DNA of 63,968 nt, the filler included, from Ministeria vibrans ATCC 50519 (lineage: Eukaryota; Protista; Filasterea), in assembly GCA_943704425.1 (NCBI GenBank). It is 9 parts of 9 records of this genome, joined end to end, with 100 filler letters (N's around TTAATTAATTAA, not from the genome) between each part and the next. Parts side by side here need not be neighbours in the genome. Positions count along the whole stretch, not along the records: positions 1 to 5,611 come from CALSCP010000178.1; positions 5,712 to 35,913 come from CALSCP010002636.1; 7 more parts are not named here. One strand, given 5' to 3'. A program made the translations under genes and the position numbers. The notes under the pieces are model-generated. The model saw only the letters and a list, made by a program, of their open reading frames with translations, did not search any database and was not told where the DNA came from. Of the stretch, positions 1 to 11,244 are shown in pieces; position 1 is the first letter of the stretch, and every line of letters begins with the position of its first letter.

Positions 1-1672
1 TTCCCCAGAGAGCGTAATCAATCATAGTTGTCTACTAAGTAACCGATGTGAGGCTGATGAGTGAATCTGCGATTTTTGGGGGGCGAGATCCGAGATTGGA
101 AGGTCAAGCAGGATCAACAACAAAAGCACGAGTGCAATCGCTATCCAGTGAGGTAATCGCAATTGACTCACTCCTTCTTGCTCCCCTCCCCTCACCTCTC
201 GTCTCTGCCATGCCCCACGTCTATCAACTCACTCCAGCCACCAATGGAGGACGCCTGAGAGCCACTCCGGTCGACTGGCGCGTTCTTTTGCAATCCGGAG
301 TCGAGGCGGACACGTTTCTGCTGACCTTGCGGCGTCGCGCTTTCGTTGGGTCCACGCTCAAGTGCTTTGCTGGGATGAAGCTCATGTCGAAGGCGGTCCC
401 TGGAGCGCGCAGCAAGTTGATCTGTGGCGCGCGCGTTTACAGGCCGACATTTTGGGTTGTTTGAGGACGACGCGCGACTGTTCTTTTTCTGTGTCGACGC
501 AGCCGGCGAGGCGATGTCGTGTTTCCTGCGTCGTTTCGGACTGTGGGCGTGAGTGCGCTGGATGGTGTGGGGCTTGTGGAGGCTGCCCGAAGGTACGTGG
601 TGGGTTAGGGTTCTTTTTCTGCGAGTCAGACACGCGCATCACAATGCATCGGCTCACGAGATGTGACTCCAGCACCAAGTTCAGTTCATTGGAGTGGAGG
701 TCGAGGTACCCAAGCGCTGTGAGCTGGCCGAGCGAATCATTCTACTATTCAATTTTGTATTCAATTTTGCACTTACTCGCGATTAAAGGATGATCGAAAT
801 CGATTTAATCGAACAGTTTTTGTTGTCTTATTCTCGTTGCGAAAAAAGATGGCAAAGTCTACTCTGAGTAAGTTTTGGTATAGCTTTATGGACTATTGGC
901 CATGTAGGTTGAGTCTTGAGTCTTGAGACTATTTCGTTTTTGCCTTGTGACCCTTGTAGCATTTTGTCGCCTTCGTCGTGTAAATTTCCGTTCTCCGCTT
1001 GTATCTCCGGCTTGACTGGCTTGTTGGGGTCGCGTTGGTATAGATGATGGCGCCTGCGGTTTTTGTCATGGTCTTTTTCTGTCTTTTTATTTTGCTTGTG
1101 CGGCTTATTTAGCGGCTACCACTCGCGCTTCTTTGCCTTCTCATGGACTGCCAAAGGTTGTGTGATCATGTATGTGGCTGTTCATCATGTTGGAGTAGTC
1201 AGGGCGACGATCGTGCAGTTTTTTTTTTCGCGGCCAACCCTTCGCCCTCCCCGTCGCAAACCTCGCGCTCCTTGAGTCCTTGTCATGTATTTCTTCTACC
1301 TTGGATGTCATGTTGCCCTGTATCTCGGTGAGACGGTAACTCCCCTTCGATTTTTTTTCTATAGTCGATTTTTTTGATGTTTACCTGTGCCTCCGTACAT
1401 TCTTTTCATGGGTGTATCAGTGGGTCTATGGGCTTCTTTCGGGACATTCTCGTCTAGAAGTTTACGGCGGAAGTATTGTGCTGCTATTTGTCTTGTATAT
1501 TGTCTTTTGTTGAAATTATGTACAGCTCTCTATTCTCTATTTCTTTTTCTTTTTTGATGTTTTGTTGTGTTGGATTCGCGTTGGAATTTGGGACTGCTTT
1601 GTTGTGATTTGCGGATGTGAAAAAGCGTTGCGAAAGGCGATGACAGCTTTTTGTTTCTCTTTTTTTGTAGGC

Positions 1673-2371
1673 ATGTTTCGCATTGTTGTGTTTCTCTGCG
1701 CTGTTGTCTCTCTCACGGTGGCGTCTGACGCCTCGGTGTTCAACGACGACGGCAACATTGTTATCTCACCCGCTGGCAGCCAGTCGGTGATTGTCAACGG
1801 CGATCTCTATGTCAACGGGTCCAAAGTGGCGACGGAAAATACCGTTGACTCTAAAATCTCTCAGAACTGTGACTGTGGCTCTGCTGTTGGTGGTACTACT
1901 GTCTTTGGCGACTTGACAATTAGAGAGGCAGGGATGCGTTTGCTATCTGCGTTAAGCATTAGCAAATTTGCTGTTATCGGAAGCTTGTATATTCAAGAAC
2001 CCGGCAACGATTTGTCGGCAATGAATTCATTGACCGCTGTTGGTTGGGATTTCCATCTGACTGGTGTCCCCGGGTCTCTGAATGGCACTTTCGGAAATCT
2101 TACATCGGTTGGTGGTACAGTACAAGTGTCCCAGACGGGACTTCAAGACTTAAATGGGCTACGCAGTCTGCGAACAGTAGGACGTTTAGACCTTAATGGC
2201 AATACAGTGCTTGGCGACCTCAACGGTCTTTCAGGCATCCAAAACATAACAGAAGGGTATTTGAGGATTATGACTACTCCCAATGCCTTCATCTGCTCCA
2301 GCTTACTGACTCGTCTGAAATCATTCGCTTCGTCGCCCGCCGTCTTGGATGTGCGCGAAGACCCGTGTTAA
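1673..2371 (+). CDS. Secreted receptor L-domain (LRR-like) protein with short N-terminal beta-rich module
   Basis: Signal peptide MFRIVVFLCAVVSLTVASDA, then repeats of the LxxLxxVGGxLxI type (LTAVGWDFHL, LTSVGGTVQV, LRTVGRLDL, IQNITEGYLRI). A polypyrimidine tract and AG just upstream of the ATG suggest a 5' intron. Confidence 0.7.
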   Translation: MFRIVVFLCAVVSLTVASDASVFNDDGNIVISPAGSQSVIVNGDLYVNGSKVATENTVDSKISQNCDCGSAVGGTTVFGDLTIREAGMRLLSALSISKFAVIGSLYIQEPGNDLSAMNSLTAVGWDFHLTGVPGSLNGTFGNLTSVGGTVQVSQTGLQDLNGLRSLRTVGRLDLNGNTVLGDLNGLSGIQNITEGYLRIMTTPNAFICSSLLTRLKSFASSPAVLDVREDPC

Positions 2372-2904
2372 TCCAAATAAAATCACACTCACTCACTTAT
2401 CACAGCAAGTTTTAAAATCACATTTCTAACTTTCTCTGTCACTATAATGTGACCAGTGCTGTGTGCTGCTCTGATGGTTTTTGTTTGCTCTGTTTTTGCA
2501 GGTCCCTCTACTCAGTGCTCGTACAGACGAGGTATAATCATATAATATATTATATATAAGAGAGCATAGAAATACTCCCTAAAGCACAGTTGAATCTGGA
2601 ATCAACACAATTGTTTCGTCGACAGTGTTGCCGATGTGCTCAATCTGGATCATAAGACTGTGGCTCCGAAGACGGACTTGGTTGGCGATTCGGCGAACAG
2701 AGCTCTGTCAGAATTCTCATATGCATTGCATTTGCCTTTTGGATTTTTTCCCTTAACCGCCGTTTTGTATCCCATAGGGCCTTACACACAGACATTCGTC
2801 GTTGCCGTGAGCTATGGGACTCGAACAAGGACTGGATGACGAGGTAGGAACAATGCAGTGTGTGCGTGATGTTTCCATGATGAATTGTTTTTTTTTGTTG
2901 TTCC

Positions 2905-3282
2905 AAAGTTTTGAAGAAGGAGTGTTCTCAGTGAATGATCTACGATTTGGACTCAGTCCATTCACGTGTCTGACACAACTCAGCGTTGATCTCGCGCTTG
3001 GTCTGGACATTGAGCGCGCCAACGCAGACGCCCAAGCTGCCACCAGCACAGACCGCGCCTATTTCGCGCAGCATCACGACGAGCTGCGGACTCAAATGCG
3101 GGCAATCGCAGCATCGCAAGCGGCGGCTGGAGCGAACATGCGCGACTTGATTGAGCGCAAATTTGCGTCGATGCAGCACCACTTCAACGCGCACCTCACG
3201 CAGAAGCGGGTCGGCGGGGCGGACGACGAGTACGAGATTGCCTTCCACGACCTGGACATTGACGGTACCATCGGAGCAGGCG
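2905..3282 (+). pseudogene. Truncated kinase relic: MLKL-like brace helices plus start of a TK/TKL kinase domain
   Basis: YEIAFHDLDIDGTIGAG matches kinase subdomain I, then similarity stops abruptly. The upstream LTQLSVDLALGLDI...DAQAATSTDRAYF resembles the end of the MLKL four-helix bundle and brace. Confidence 0.45.
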
Positions 3283-3443
3283 CGTTAAATTGTGGTCGTG
3301 GCGGTGGAGTGGGGTTGATCCACTGGGCGCAATGGAGATTTCCCAAACAGTGGTGAAATTGTCACGATATGTTTCAACAGACCCCACTCGAGCGAGATCA
3401 ACATCAGACTCTGTGCAGACTTCACCACTACAGCCCAGCTATC

Positions 3444-3631
3444 GAAAGTGACCTTGTGAACCGTGAGCAGTCGGTAAGCAGGATAACACTCACTTCTCGT
3501 TGGCCGTTCCTAATAGCTTCAAGTGCAGCAATTTCGATCATCTCGTATTGAGAGTGACCTTGTGAACCTTGAGCAGTCGGTAAGCAGGATAAGACTTGCT
3601 TCTCGTTGACCTTTCCTAATAGCTTCAAGTG
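3444..3631. repeat. Imperfect tandem duplication of about 80 bp (period about 106 bp)
   Basis: agtgaccttgtgaacc(g/t)tgagcagtcggtaagcaggataa...cctaatagcttcaagtg occurs at about 3446 and about 3552. Confidence 0.9.
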
Positions 3632-5216
3632 ATCGCCGAGCGATTGGACCAATGCAACGAGTTCGGCAGTAGACTAGCGTCTCTTTCTCTGAGATCCCCT
3701 TTGCCACAGCTTCCATCAGCAAGGGTTGAGACTATCAAAGTCGCGCTGGAGAGATCTGTCGACGTACGATTTTTCTCCTTTTCTCTCAGTTGAACATTCC
3801 CTCAACCTCCTTCTTCTTTCCCCAGCGCTACATTGCTCTCAGGGGCACGTTAGACATATGCTTTTCGAGAAATTGCATTCATCCGTCGCTTCTGGTTTCT
3901 CCACCCTCTCCAGTACCGCCTGCTCCCCCGCCTCCCCAACAGGTAATGGTTATTTAGAAGAACAACATATGTCCAATTTTATCAATCACAAAAGAAAGCG
4001 GCAGACAATCTGGCTTGATTACTTGATACGACACGCTTGAACCTATTGGTGCTGTAGATTTCCGCCCATCTACTGGTTGTCAGCAGTGGAACCGTTGTCA
4101 TCATCGACGCAATCTCCGACGCACTTCTAAACTCTCTGACCGCCCCTCCACACTCCGAACTGCTTCATGGCCGCACCATAGTGGCCGCAAAGAACTTGGC
4201 CGAACTGTCACGAGAGGAGTCTAATTTTTTTGCTGCCATTTACATTTTGCGAGTGGACACACGCGTGGACCTCAAAGAACACACGGCGCTCCTTCAACGC
4301 GCCGCTTCATACACGCGCACTCATTCTGTTTTTATGATCGTCGTTTTCACTGACCCCACTTCGCGTACGCTCACGTCTCGTGACTGGCCTGATTCTTTTC
4401 CCTCTGGCCCGCACCTCTGGACACAAGCCTGGACACACCCTTTATTGTGTGTGTCTTCGCCCAGTCATTTGAACCGCCCCAGGTTCAGCCCATTGGAGTA
4501 CATCTCAGTGCTCTTTTGCTCGAAGGAATGTGAGATTGTATTTTGGACAAGGCGACTTGACATGTGTATGTGTTTTGCATGGGGTGTAAAAAGAAATTGA
4601 TTTCATTGACTAACGGAGAACACTTCCAATGCCGCAATCTTTTGGCGGTCCGGGAAGAGATGGCCCGCATTTCGGGCCAGGGTATAGTATGTAATGGCAC
4701 CTTCGGCAGAGGCAGTGACCATACAATCGCTATGGAAGCAGAGATGGCCAAAAGATGGCCCATAACTCGCACATCCCTGGAGCGCGCGCGCCGGTAATGA
4801 GACGGCCATCTTGCACGCGTGGTCGCCCAGTTTAAACAGCCAGGCATGGGGGTCGTTTATCCAGTTGCTGGAGGGGGTCGTGCTGAAGGGTGCGGATTGA
4901 GCCACGGCATGTTGAGCCACCTCATGTTGAGGCCCGTTTGGGGGCCGCTCGGGCCATACCGTATGGATACCGAGGTGTCTGGTGGGTCGCCGCAGGGAGT
5001 GCAGCTCGTCCGCATCAGACTTGCAAAGAGTGGCAAATAAGGGCGTTACTCCTGTCTTTGATTATTTTAAGTCACGCACGAGTTTCCAGCCAGCCAGGTG
5101 CTTATGTTAGCACAAAGTGAACGCCTGTGACCTGTCTATGATTTGCGTTAATGTCTGTTACTTTTGCATTTGCTGGCTTGTGCGCGCAAGGCATTCTCGC
5201 CTATTTTGTTAATAAT

Positions 5217-5552
5217 TAGAAGAAGAATACAACCCATTTATTAATGATACAGTCACCACGCAAAGACACAGTCAGACCGCTTTGCAAACTCAACCGAAAC
5301 TCTAGAGGTAACATGGGAGAACAGTGGCAGGTCATAGTGCTGTGTCGACGCTATCCAGTGAGGCAATCGCAATGGTACGCCATACCCCCAGAGGAGGCTT
5401 AGGGCTCTGACACCATGAAGGTGTCTGTCGGCAAGGAGTGTAAAGTCGAAGTCGTGGTTGAGGCAATCGGATCGGTGGTCGGCGGCGGCAAGTCCAGGTG
5501 GCTGCGGGGCGCTCCCGTGGTACACAGGCGGGGCGGGTCGGCTGTAGGGCGG
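5217..5552 (-). mobile_element. Dispersed repeat of about 330 bp, copy 1; possible 3' end of a non-LTR retroelement or SINE
   Basis: Near-identical reverse complement of 52138-52470. Ends in AATAAA-tgggttgtattcttcttct followed by an AT-rich tail, and lies near a contig end. Confidence 0.6.
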
Positions 5553-5611
5553 CTGGTGTGCTTGTTGTCGTGACTGTGTGTTAGATTATGAGGATAGATA
5601 TATGGATGGGT

Positions 5612-5711
5612 NNNNNNNNNNNNNNNNNNNNNNNNNNNNNNNNNNNNNNNNNNNNTTAATTAATTAANNNNNNNNNNNNNNNNNNNNNNNNNNNNNNNNN
5701 NNNNNNNNNNN
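5612..5711. other. Artificial contig spacer (N44-TTAATTAATTAA-N44); same spacer at 35914, 43277, 46384, 48568, 52038, 54554, 62195
   Basis: Each is exactly 100 nt with a six-frame stop linker, and the genes on either side are unrelated and truncated. Confidence 0.97.
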
Positions 5712-5938
5712 ATCCAATTCTGACCTTTCGGCGGAGGCTCGCGAGTTGCTGGACGCTCTAGGAGTGGGTACAGCAGGAGGGAACAAAAACGGATTGGACC
5801 TGTGTAACGCACTCCCTTGCGCCGACCTGTGTAGAAACAATGCGGTCTCGGGTGCTGAATGAATTGGCACCTCGCTACTGGAGCGCCTTGTCGGTAAGAG
5901 TCGCTCTCTCTCTTTATTGTGTATCCAATGTCACAAAA

Positions 5939-6195
5939 TCACAGAATAGAAGAAGTGATATTCTCCAGCTCGGCACCAAGGAGACGCTCAGGCTCATTCC
6001 CTCTGCGATGAGCCAAAATAATGTCGGCGAGTAGTGCGCGCAGCTGTGTGAAGTCGGGGCGCATCTTGGCATTAAGGTGCCAGCAGCGCATCATCAGCGC
6101 ATACACATCCGCAGGACAGCCCCGCGGTTGCGCTAGTCGCTTCCCCGCCCGCAGATTGTACGTCAACTCCCGCAATTGCACTGTCGGATACGGAC
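5939..6195 (-). CDS. Terminal exon of a protein tyrosine kinase (subdomains X-XI); upstream exons not found
   Basis: PYPTVQLRELTYNLRAGKRLAQPRGCPADVYALMMRCWHLNAKMRPDFTQL is the classic TK C-lobe signature, preceded by a tag acceptor. Confidence 0.8.
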
Positions 6196-6214
6196 TACAA
6201 TAATAATAAACAGA

Positions 6215-6230
6215 AAAATTAATAATAATA

Positions 6231-6261
<31 letters not shown>

Positions 6262-6279
6262 TTATCATTATTCTTATTC

Positions 6280-6349
<70 letters not shown>

Positions 6350-6420
6350 CATTATTCTTATTCTTATTATTATTATTATTTTATTATTTATTATTATTAT
6401 AATTATTTTTATTATTATTT
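6215..6420. repeat. (TTA)n microsatellite; similar (TAA)n tracts at about 12840-13080, 43195-43276 and 54420-54553
   Basis: Directly visible. Confidence 0.95.
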
Positions 6421-6475
6421 CAATGCTTCCACTTTCGGCTACTGTAAAGATGGAGGGCCCATAGACCCACAAAGC

Positions 6476-7972
6476 TTATTGTACACTGTTTTCGATTGCA
6501 CAAATTTCGGCGGCGGCTCGCTCACCTGAGAGCCACGCACCGTGAGTGGTCGAGTAGTAGGTACGATGTGTGGCTTCGCCAGCAAAAAACAGGCGCGGAC
6601 AAGAGCCGTCAGATTGAACGGGCGCGGCGAGCGTGTCGATTGTGTCGGTGGAGAGGGCGCATGGAACGTACGAGTAGGCGCCAAGCGTAAACGGATCGGT
6701 GCACCAGCTAGAGCACAGGACACGCACGGACAAATCGTCGTCAATGCAAGGTGGGATATTCTCAACGCCGGGGGTTTGCGCAAGAATCGAATGCATCACT
6801 TGAACGAGTTGTTCGGGTTGCGGGTGGGAGGCCCGCCATTCAGCAAACAACTGCGGTCCTTGGCCCGACAGCCATACTTCCAGAATGGGCAACGAGCGCA
6901 CGCCAACAATGCTGTGTGTGTGCTCGAGCCATTGCGGCCGCATCACTGATCGAGCGGCAGTGCCATTCCACACAAGTGCAATGTCAAGAGAGTTGTGGGC
7001 GCAACGAGGCATCGATTCGAGCGATGGGTAGACAAGAAAAAACCGGTCAGCGTCGCCCCAGCCCATGCGCTCAATAGCGTGCTGCTTGGATTCGGGGAGT
7101 ACAGGGGAGAACATTTGCAAGTGATGTCTCTTGAGAACGCCCAGTGGTAATGTGACGAGCGCGCAGTCACCTTTGAGCGTACGTCCATCGGTCGCCTGCA
7201 GCGATACACCTTCGTGGGAATACACAATGGTCTTAACGGGCCAATCCAGCAAAACGGTAGTACGGTCGGACGCCAGTTGTCGCACTTTTTGATCCACAAT
7301 GGCGCCAAAGGCACGCAGAGGCGTGTCGGCACCCTCCAATTCGGCATACTCGCCCCACGCAGCGAGACTGACATCCTCCAGACGCTCGCAGCCCACTTCG
7401 GCGTGTTCCAAGGCATCGCGCCAGAGCCAAAGCCGATCGTAGAGCGACGACTGTGCGTGAGCGTCGTCGCGTCGATGGTCGTGGAGATAGGCACCGAGCG
7501 AGTCATCGCCCTGTGCGACTCCTTGGCCGCGCCGATACACATTGTCGCACTCTTCCAAAAGCCCGTCGTAGCGCTTCATCACCGCCTGCGCGACGTCGGC
7601 CACACATGCATACTCATTCATAGATCCGTTCTCGATGAACACGCAGCAAGGAAAGTTGGAGGAGGAGGAAGGAGAGGAAGACGAAGAAGGCGTTTGACCT
7701 GTTCTCGCCTGAACATCACGAATTCGCTGTTCCAACGCCTCCTCATCGGCATACATCAAATTCAAGTGCTTAGCCGTCTCTGCGAGGGGGTGGCCGTGAG
7801 TGCCGTGCAGCCAGTGGGCGCCCATGTCGAGTGTGTCATTTTCTTCCTTGACACTATGCACTCGCCCACCCAAACGCGACCGTGCCTCCACCAGTGTCAC
7901 CTGGTGATGCGTTTGAAGACGCAAAGCAGACGCAATGCCAGCGAGTCCTCCGCCGACAACCAAAATTCGCAT
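6476..7972 (-). CDS. Flavin-containing amine oxidase (polyamine/spermine oxidase-like), intronless
   Basis: VVGGGLAG dinucleotide-binding motif, EARSRLGGR, DMGAHWLHG, WCTDPFTLGAYSY, LFFAGEAT...TTHGAWLSGERAA. Confidence 0.92.
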   Translation of the reverse strand: MRILVVGGGLAGIASALRLQTHHQVTLVEARSRLGGRVHSVKEENDTLDMGAHWLHGTHGHPLAETAKHLNLMYADEEALEQRIRDVQARTGQTPSSSSSPSSSSNFPCCVFIENGSMNEYACVADVAQAVMKRYDGLLEECDNVYRRGQGVAQGDDSLGAYLHDHRRDDAHAQSSLYDRLWLWRDALEHAEVGCERLEDVSLAAWGEYAELEGADTPLRAFGAIVDQKVRQLASDRTTVLLDWPVKTIVYSHEGVSLQATDGRTLKGDCALVTLPLGVLKRHHLQMFSPVLPESKQHAIERMGWGDADRFFLVYPSLESMPRCAHNSLDIALVWNGTAARSVMRPQWLEHTHSIVGVRSLPILEVWLSGQGPQLFAEWRASHPQPEQLVQVMHSILAQTPGVENIPPCIDDDLSVRVLCSSWCTDPFTLGAYSYVPCALSTDTIDTLAAPVQSDGSCPRLFFAGEATHRTYYSTTHGAWLSGERAAAEICAIENSVQ

Positions 7973-8293
7973 TATGAATAAAATTAAAATTAATAACGTA
8001 TTAGAGGGTAACCTTCAAAATCTCTGTCGTCACTGAACATTTCACTTCTTTCACCGGTCCGACTGTCACTTCGACACTCACTACACTGCGTGTAAATGAT
8101 TGTCCAAACGTGAGAAAATATAAGAAACATATTTCCGAAAAAGTTTCGTCTTCGGTCTTGAGTGTTACTCAAACATTATTTCNNNNNNNNNNNNNNNNNN
8201 NNNNNNNNNNNNNNNNNNNNATTATTCATAATATTAATTATTTTCACCGTTCGACTTCAGAAACATCCTCAAAGTGGTACAACGTTCCTTACA

Positions 8294-10893
8294 ATGTCAA
8301 CATCCACACATACTTCCGCCATGAGGGGCTTCGAATACGCTCTTGTCGTCGGACGAACATATTTCTCGAAACCCCCATTCGAGCTCGACACGCTCAATGC
8401 GGTCCCGGCGACCGTCCGTAACGTTGCTGTTGAGTTGGTGCGCAACAGTTTCCAGGTTGTCGCCGTGCTCGCAGATACGCCCTCGCGCGACACACCAACC
8501 CAAGAAAAAATACGTCGTGTCGAGTTCGCGGGAGGTACGACGCAGTCGCTGAAGCTGCTGTGGTTGCAGACGAACACAACGCGCGGACCCATCTGCAGCA
8601 CACTTGTTGACCGGACTGATATGGTCGCTAGTCACCTGCCAAGTCCGCTGAACGATTTGGTCATTTACCAATGCTCGCACGCCGTCCCCAACGCCAGCGA
8701 CGGCCCGTACGGCGCAGCACTTGCGTGTCACCCAAGAGGGGGTTTTGATGCAATAGAGGTGTCGCTGCATGAGAGTGGCACGGAGAACAACGCGCACGAC
8801 ATGCAGACGGTGTTCCAGAAGGAATCGTACCAGTGCTTGGCGGCGGTGCCTTTGAGTGCTGGGGAATGTCGTGCATGGATGGAGGCAGACAGGCTGAAAG
8901 CGTTGAAGAGCGGAGGGTTGAAAGGTCGTGTTGTGGCGACGCATGAACCGGGTGTTGCACGCGCAAGGGATATTCGAGGGCAGGGGATGGTGTGGAAGAT
9001 GCTTGGAGCGAAATGTTTTCTGGAAGGGGGTGCGATGGAGGCGAACAACGTGTTGTTGCGATTGCTGGTAGTGTGTCAGCGGAAGAAGGAGACGGTGGTG
9101 GTAGAGTACGAGGTTGATGTTGCACTTGGTGCGTTGTGTCAACTGTTAGTGGTTGATGCCCATGGGCGTGCGGTATCGATGGGACCCTCGAAAGGCTGTT
9201 TGTTGCCAAATTCTGCCATCCCTGAAGGCGCGGATCGAGAGGAGTTTTCTTTGTCGCAAACACCAGTAGCAAAACGGACCGGGATGCGAGAACAATCGTC
9301 GTCGCTGTCTCCAATGGGTAAAAGCGAAAATCAAAAAGCAACGTTCGCAGGTACAAAGGGGCAAATGACACTAGTGGGACAACGGAAAGACCGTTCGTCG
9401 ACGCATGCTACCATTCCTGACGAGGAAAATGAGGGACCGCACAGCAGTTCCCCGGCCACTGCGCCGGCTCTGTTTTCATTGGATGGCAGTCGACTCGATC
9501 TCAAAGCACGTTTTGACCCCAACACGCCTGGAGACGTCGAAGTGTATGAGATTGAAAAGGTGTGCTGGGATCTTCGACAAGAGTGTAATCTCAATTCGTC
9601 TGAGCCAATCAGTGCCTCGTCATTATCGCGCTGGTGTCGCGCTCACGAAGTGCCACCACACCCGACGACGAATTGGATCGAGGGCGTTATTCGCTGGGTA
9701 AAGTCATCGTCCATTCCAAGTGAAACGGTTCCGCCTGATAAAGCTCAGCGCATGCTTCGATCAGTCACGCCAGGTAGGAGAAGAAAAAAAACGGTACACG
9801 TACGGGGAGACGTTCTAATACCTTTTTTTTTTTTTTGTTGTTGTTGTTGTTGTTGTAATGCGCTGTCGTAGACGTGACATTTAGGCAGTACGCGTTGATT
9901 ATCGCGCAGCAAGTCTATGGCAAAGGTGGCTTTGCCAGTCTCATTGGGACGGTGTATGCAGCGCGACAGTTGGTGAGGACTTTTGCGACGCTCGGCTTCT
10001 ATGTGCGTGTGTTGTCGGATCGAGCAACACCTCCTGGCATCTCTGAGGACATCTGGCGAACAGTCCCGTCGATTACGGCGAACGAGATTGCACGGTCGCT
10101 TGACGATGTGGGAAAACTGCGTGCGGAACACGATGCTCGGGAAGGGAGATGTACTCTTCTTGATCAACTGTTGGTGTACATGATTGGGCATGGAAAGGAA
10201 ACCAATGGGACATTTAACATGCTCTTTGGGAACAGTACGCCCGACGTTACCTCGTCCATTTCATGTGCTGCGTCCGTTGACGACGTGTTTGTTGACAACG
10301 TCGACAGCGAAGACAGTCAACGGAAGACGCCACTGGAGCAAGGTGATTGTGTCGAGAGCACAAGTGAGGAGAAGGAGACGAGTGCCTATGCGCGCTTCTC
10401 ATTGGAGCAATTGCAAAGTTTGTTGCCCGAGCCGCGCCCTCAACGTGTTCTTCTTATTATTGATGCCTGCTACTCGGGCGCGGCCATTGGACTAAACGAA
10501 ACTGATGATCGAATGCTGGATGCGTCTGGTACTGCTGATAATTGTCCAGTCGAGATGGGCGGCCGACAAATGTCATTTCAAGTGCTGACCTCTGCGTTAC
10601 GGCACGAGTCTGCGTGGCACAACGAGACGGGAACGTTGATGGCACAAGCACTGACGGAGGTGTGGTGTCATCACGCGGGCGGTGAGGAGAATGAGCAGGA
10701 GATGTGGATCAGCGTCAAGGCACTGCAACAGCGCATTGACTCGGTACTCCAAGTGATGGTGAACAACATTAAATCGAAGCTGCAATACAACGAGCAAGTT
10801 GTACAACACACTTCGTGTGGTCGAATCAAGTATGGCCAGTCGATGGAAGATGCGGACCGTCGTTGGGGCGAATTTGTATGTTTCTTTGTGTAA
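8294..10893 (+). CDS. Caspase-family (peptidase C14) protein, 833 aa: N-terminal degenerate caspase-like domain plus C-terminal domain with His/Cys dyad (exons 8294-9773, 9872-10893)
   Basis: GT-AG intron 9774-9871 joins the two ORFs in frame. C-terminal domain has YALIIA, LLVYMIGHG and RVLLIIDACYSG; N-terminal domain has YALVVG and LVIYQCSHA. Confidence 0.75.
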
Positions 10894-11244
10894 ACGTGAC
10901 AGAAGATGGTTGATAGAAATATATAAATATAATATATATAAATTATATATATATGAAGACGTGATAAAGATATGAAAATACAGTACAATGACGAGTAATA
11001 GAGTGCTTTCGCCAATAAATAATTAAGGCTCCAGGATAACTATGTAAAGGGTTTGACAAGGGTAGTAAAAATAAAAGAGTAAATCAGCGCCCCAAGCCCA
11101 CTTGTGTAAAACTAAATGCCTATTATTTTACTTTATCCACCATTAAATTTTTATTTACAATACTCCTCGTAATTAATAGTAAACAAAATCCAAATTGAAA
11201 CTCAAAAATAAATCTTCTGTCGATTGAGGCGCTCTCTCTCTTTG

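Noticed and set aside
3726-5120. Short ORFs in the first contig as a transposase or Fanzor
   Set aside because: No DDE, RuvC or RT motifs recognisable; left unassigned.
6176-6529. Poly-Tyr, poly-Ile, poly-Phe, (SL)n, (ER)n and (CV)n ORFs in the track
   Set aside because: These are translations of intronic or intergenic microsatellites.
7214-7981. Long antisense ORFs (also 29967-30656, 38954-39841, 8297-9142)
   Set aside because: Shadow frames of GC-rich coding genes with no recognisable motifs.
2905-10893. Cell-death cluster of MLKL-like relic, tyrosine kinase and caspase
   Set aside because: A spacer at 5612-5711 separates the contigs, so linkage is unsupported. The kinase start at about 3240 and the TK tail at about 6100 are on opposite strands and are not one gene.
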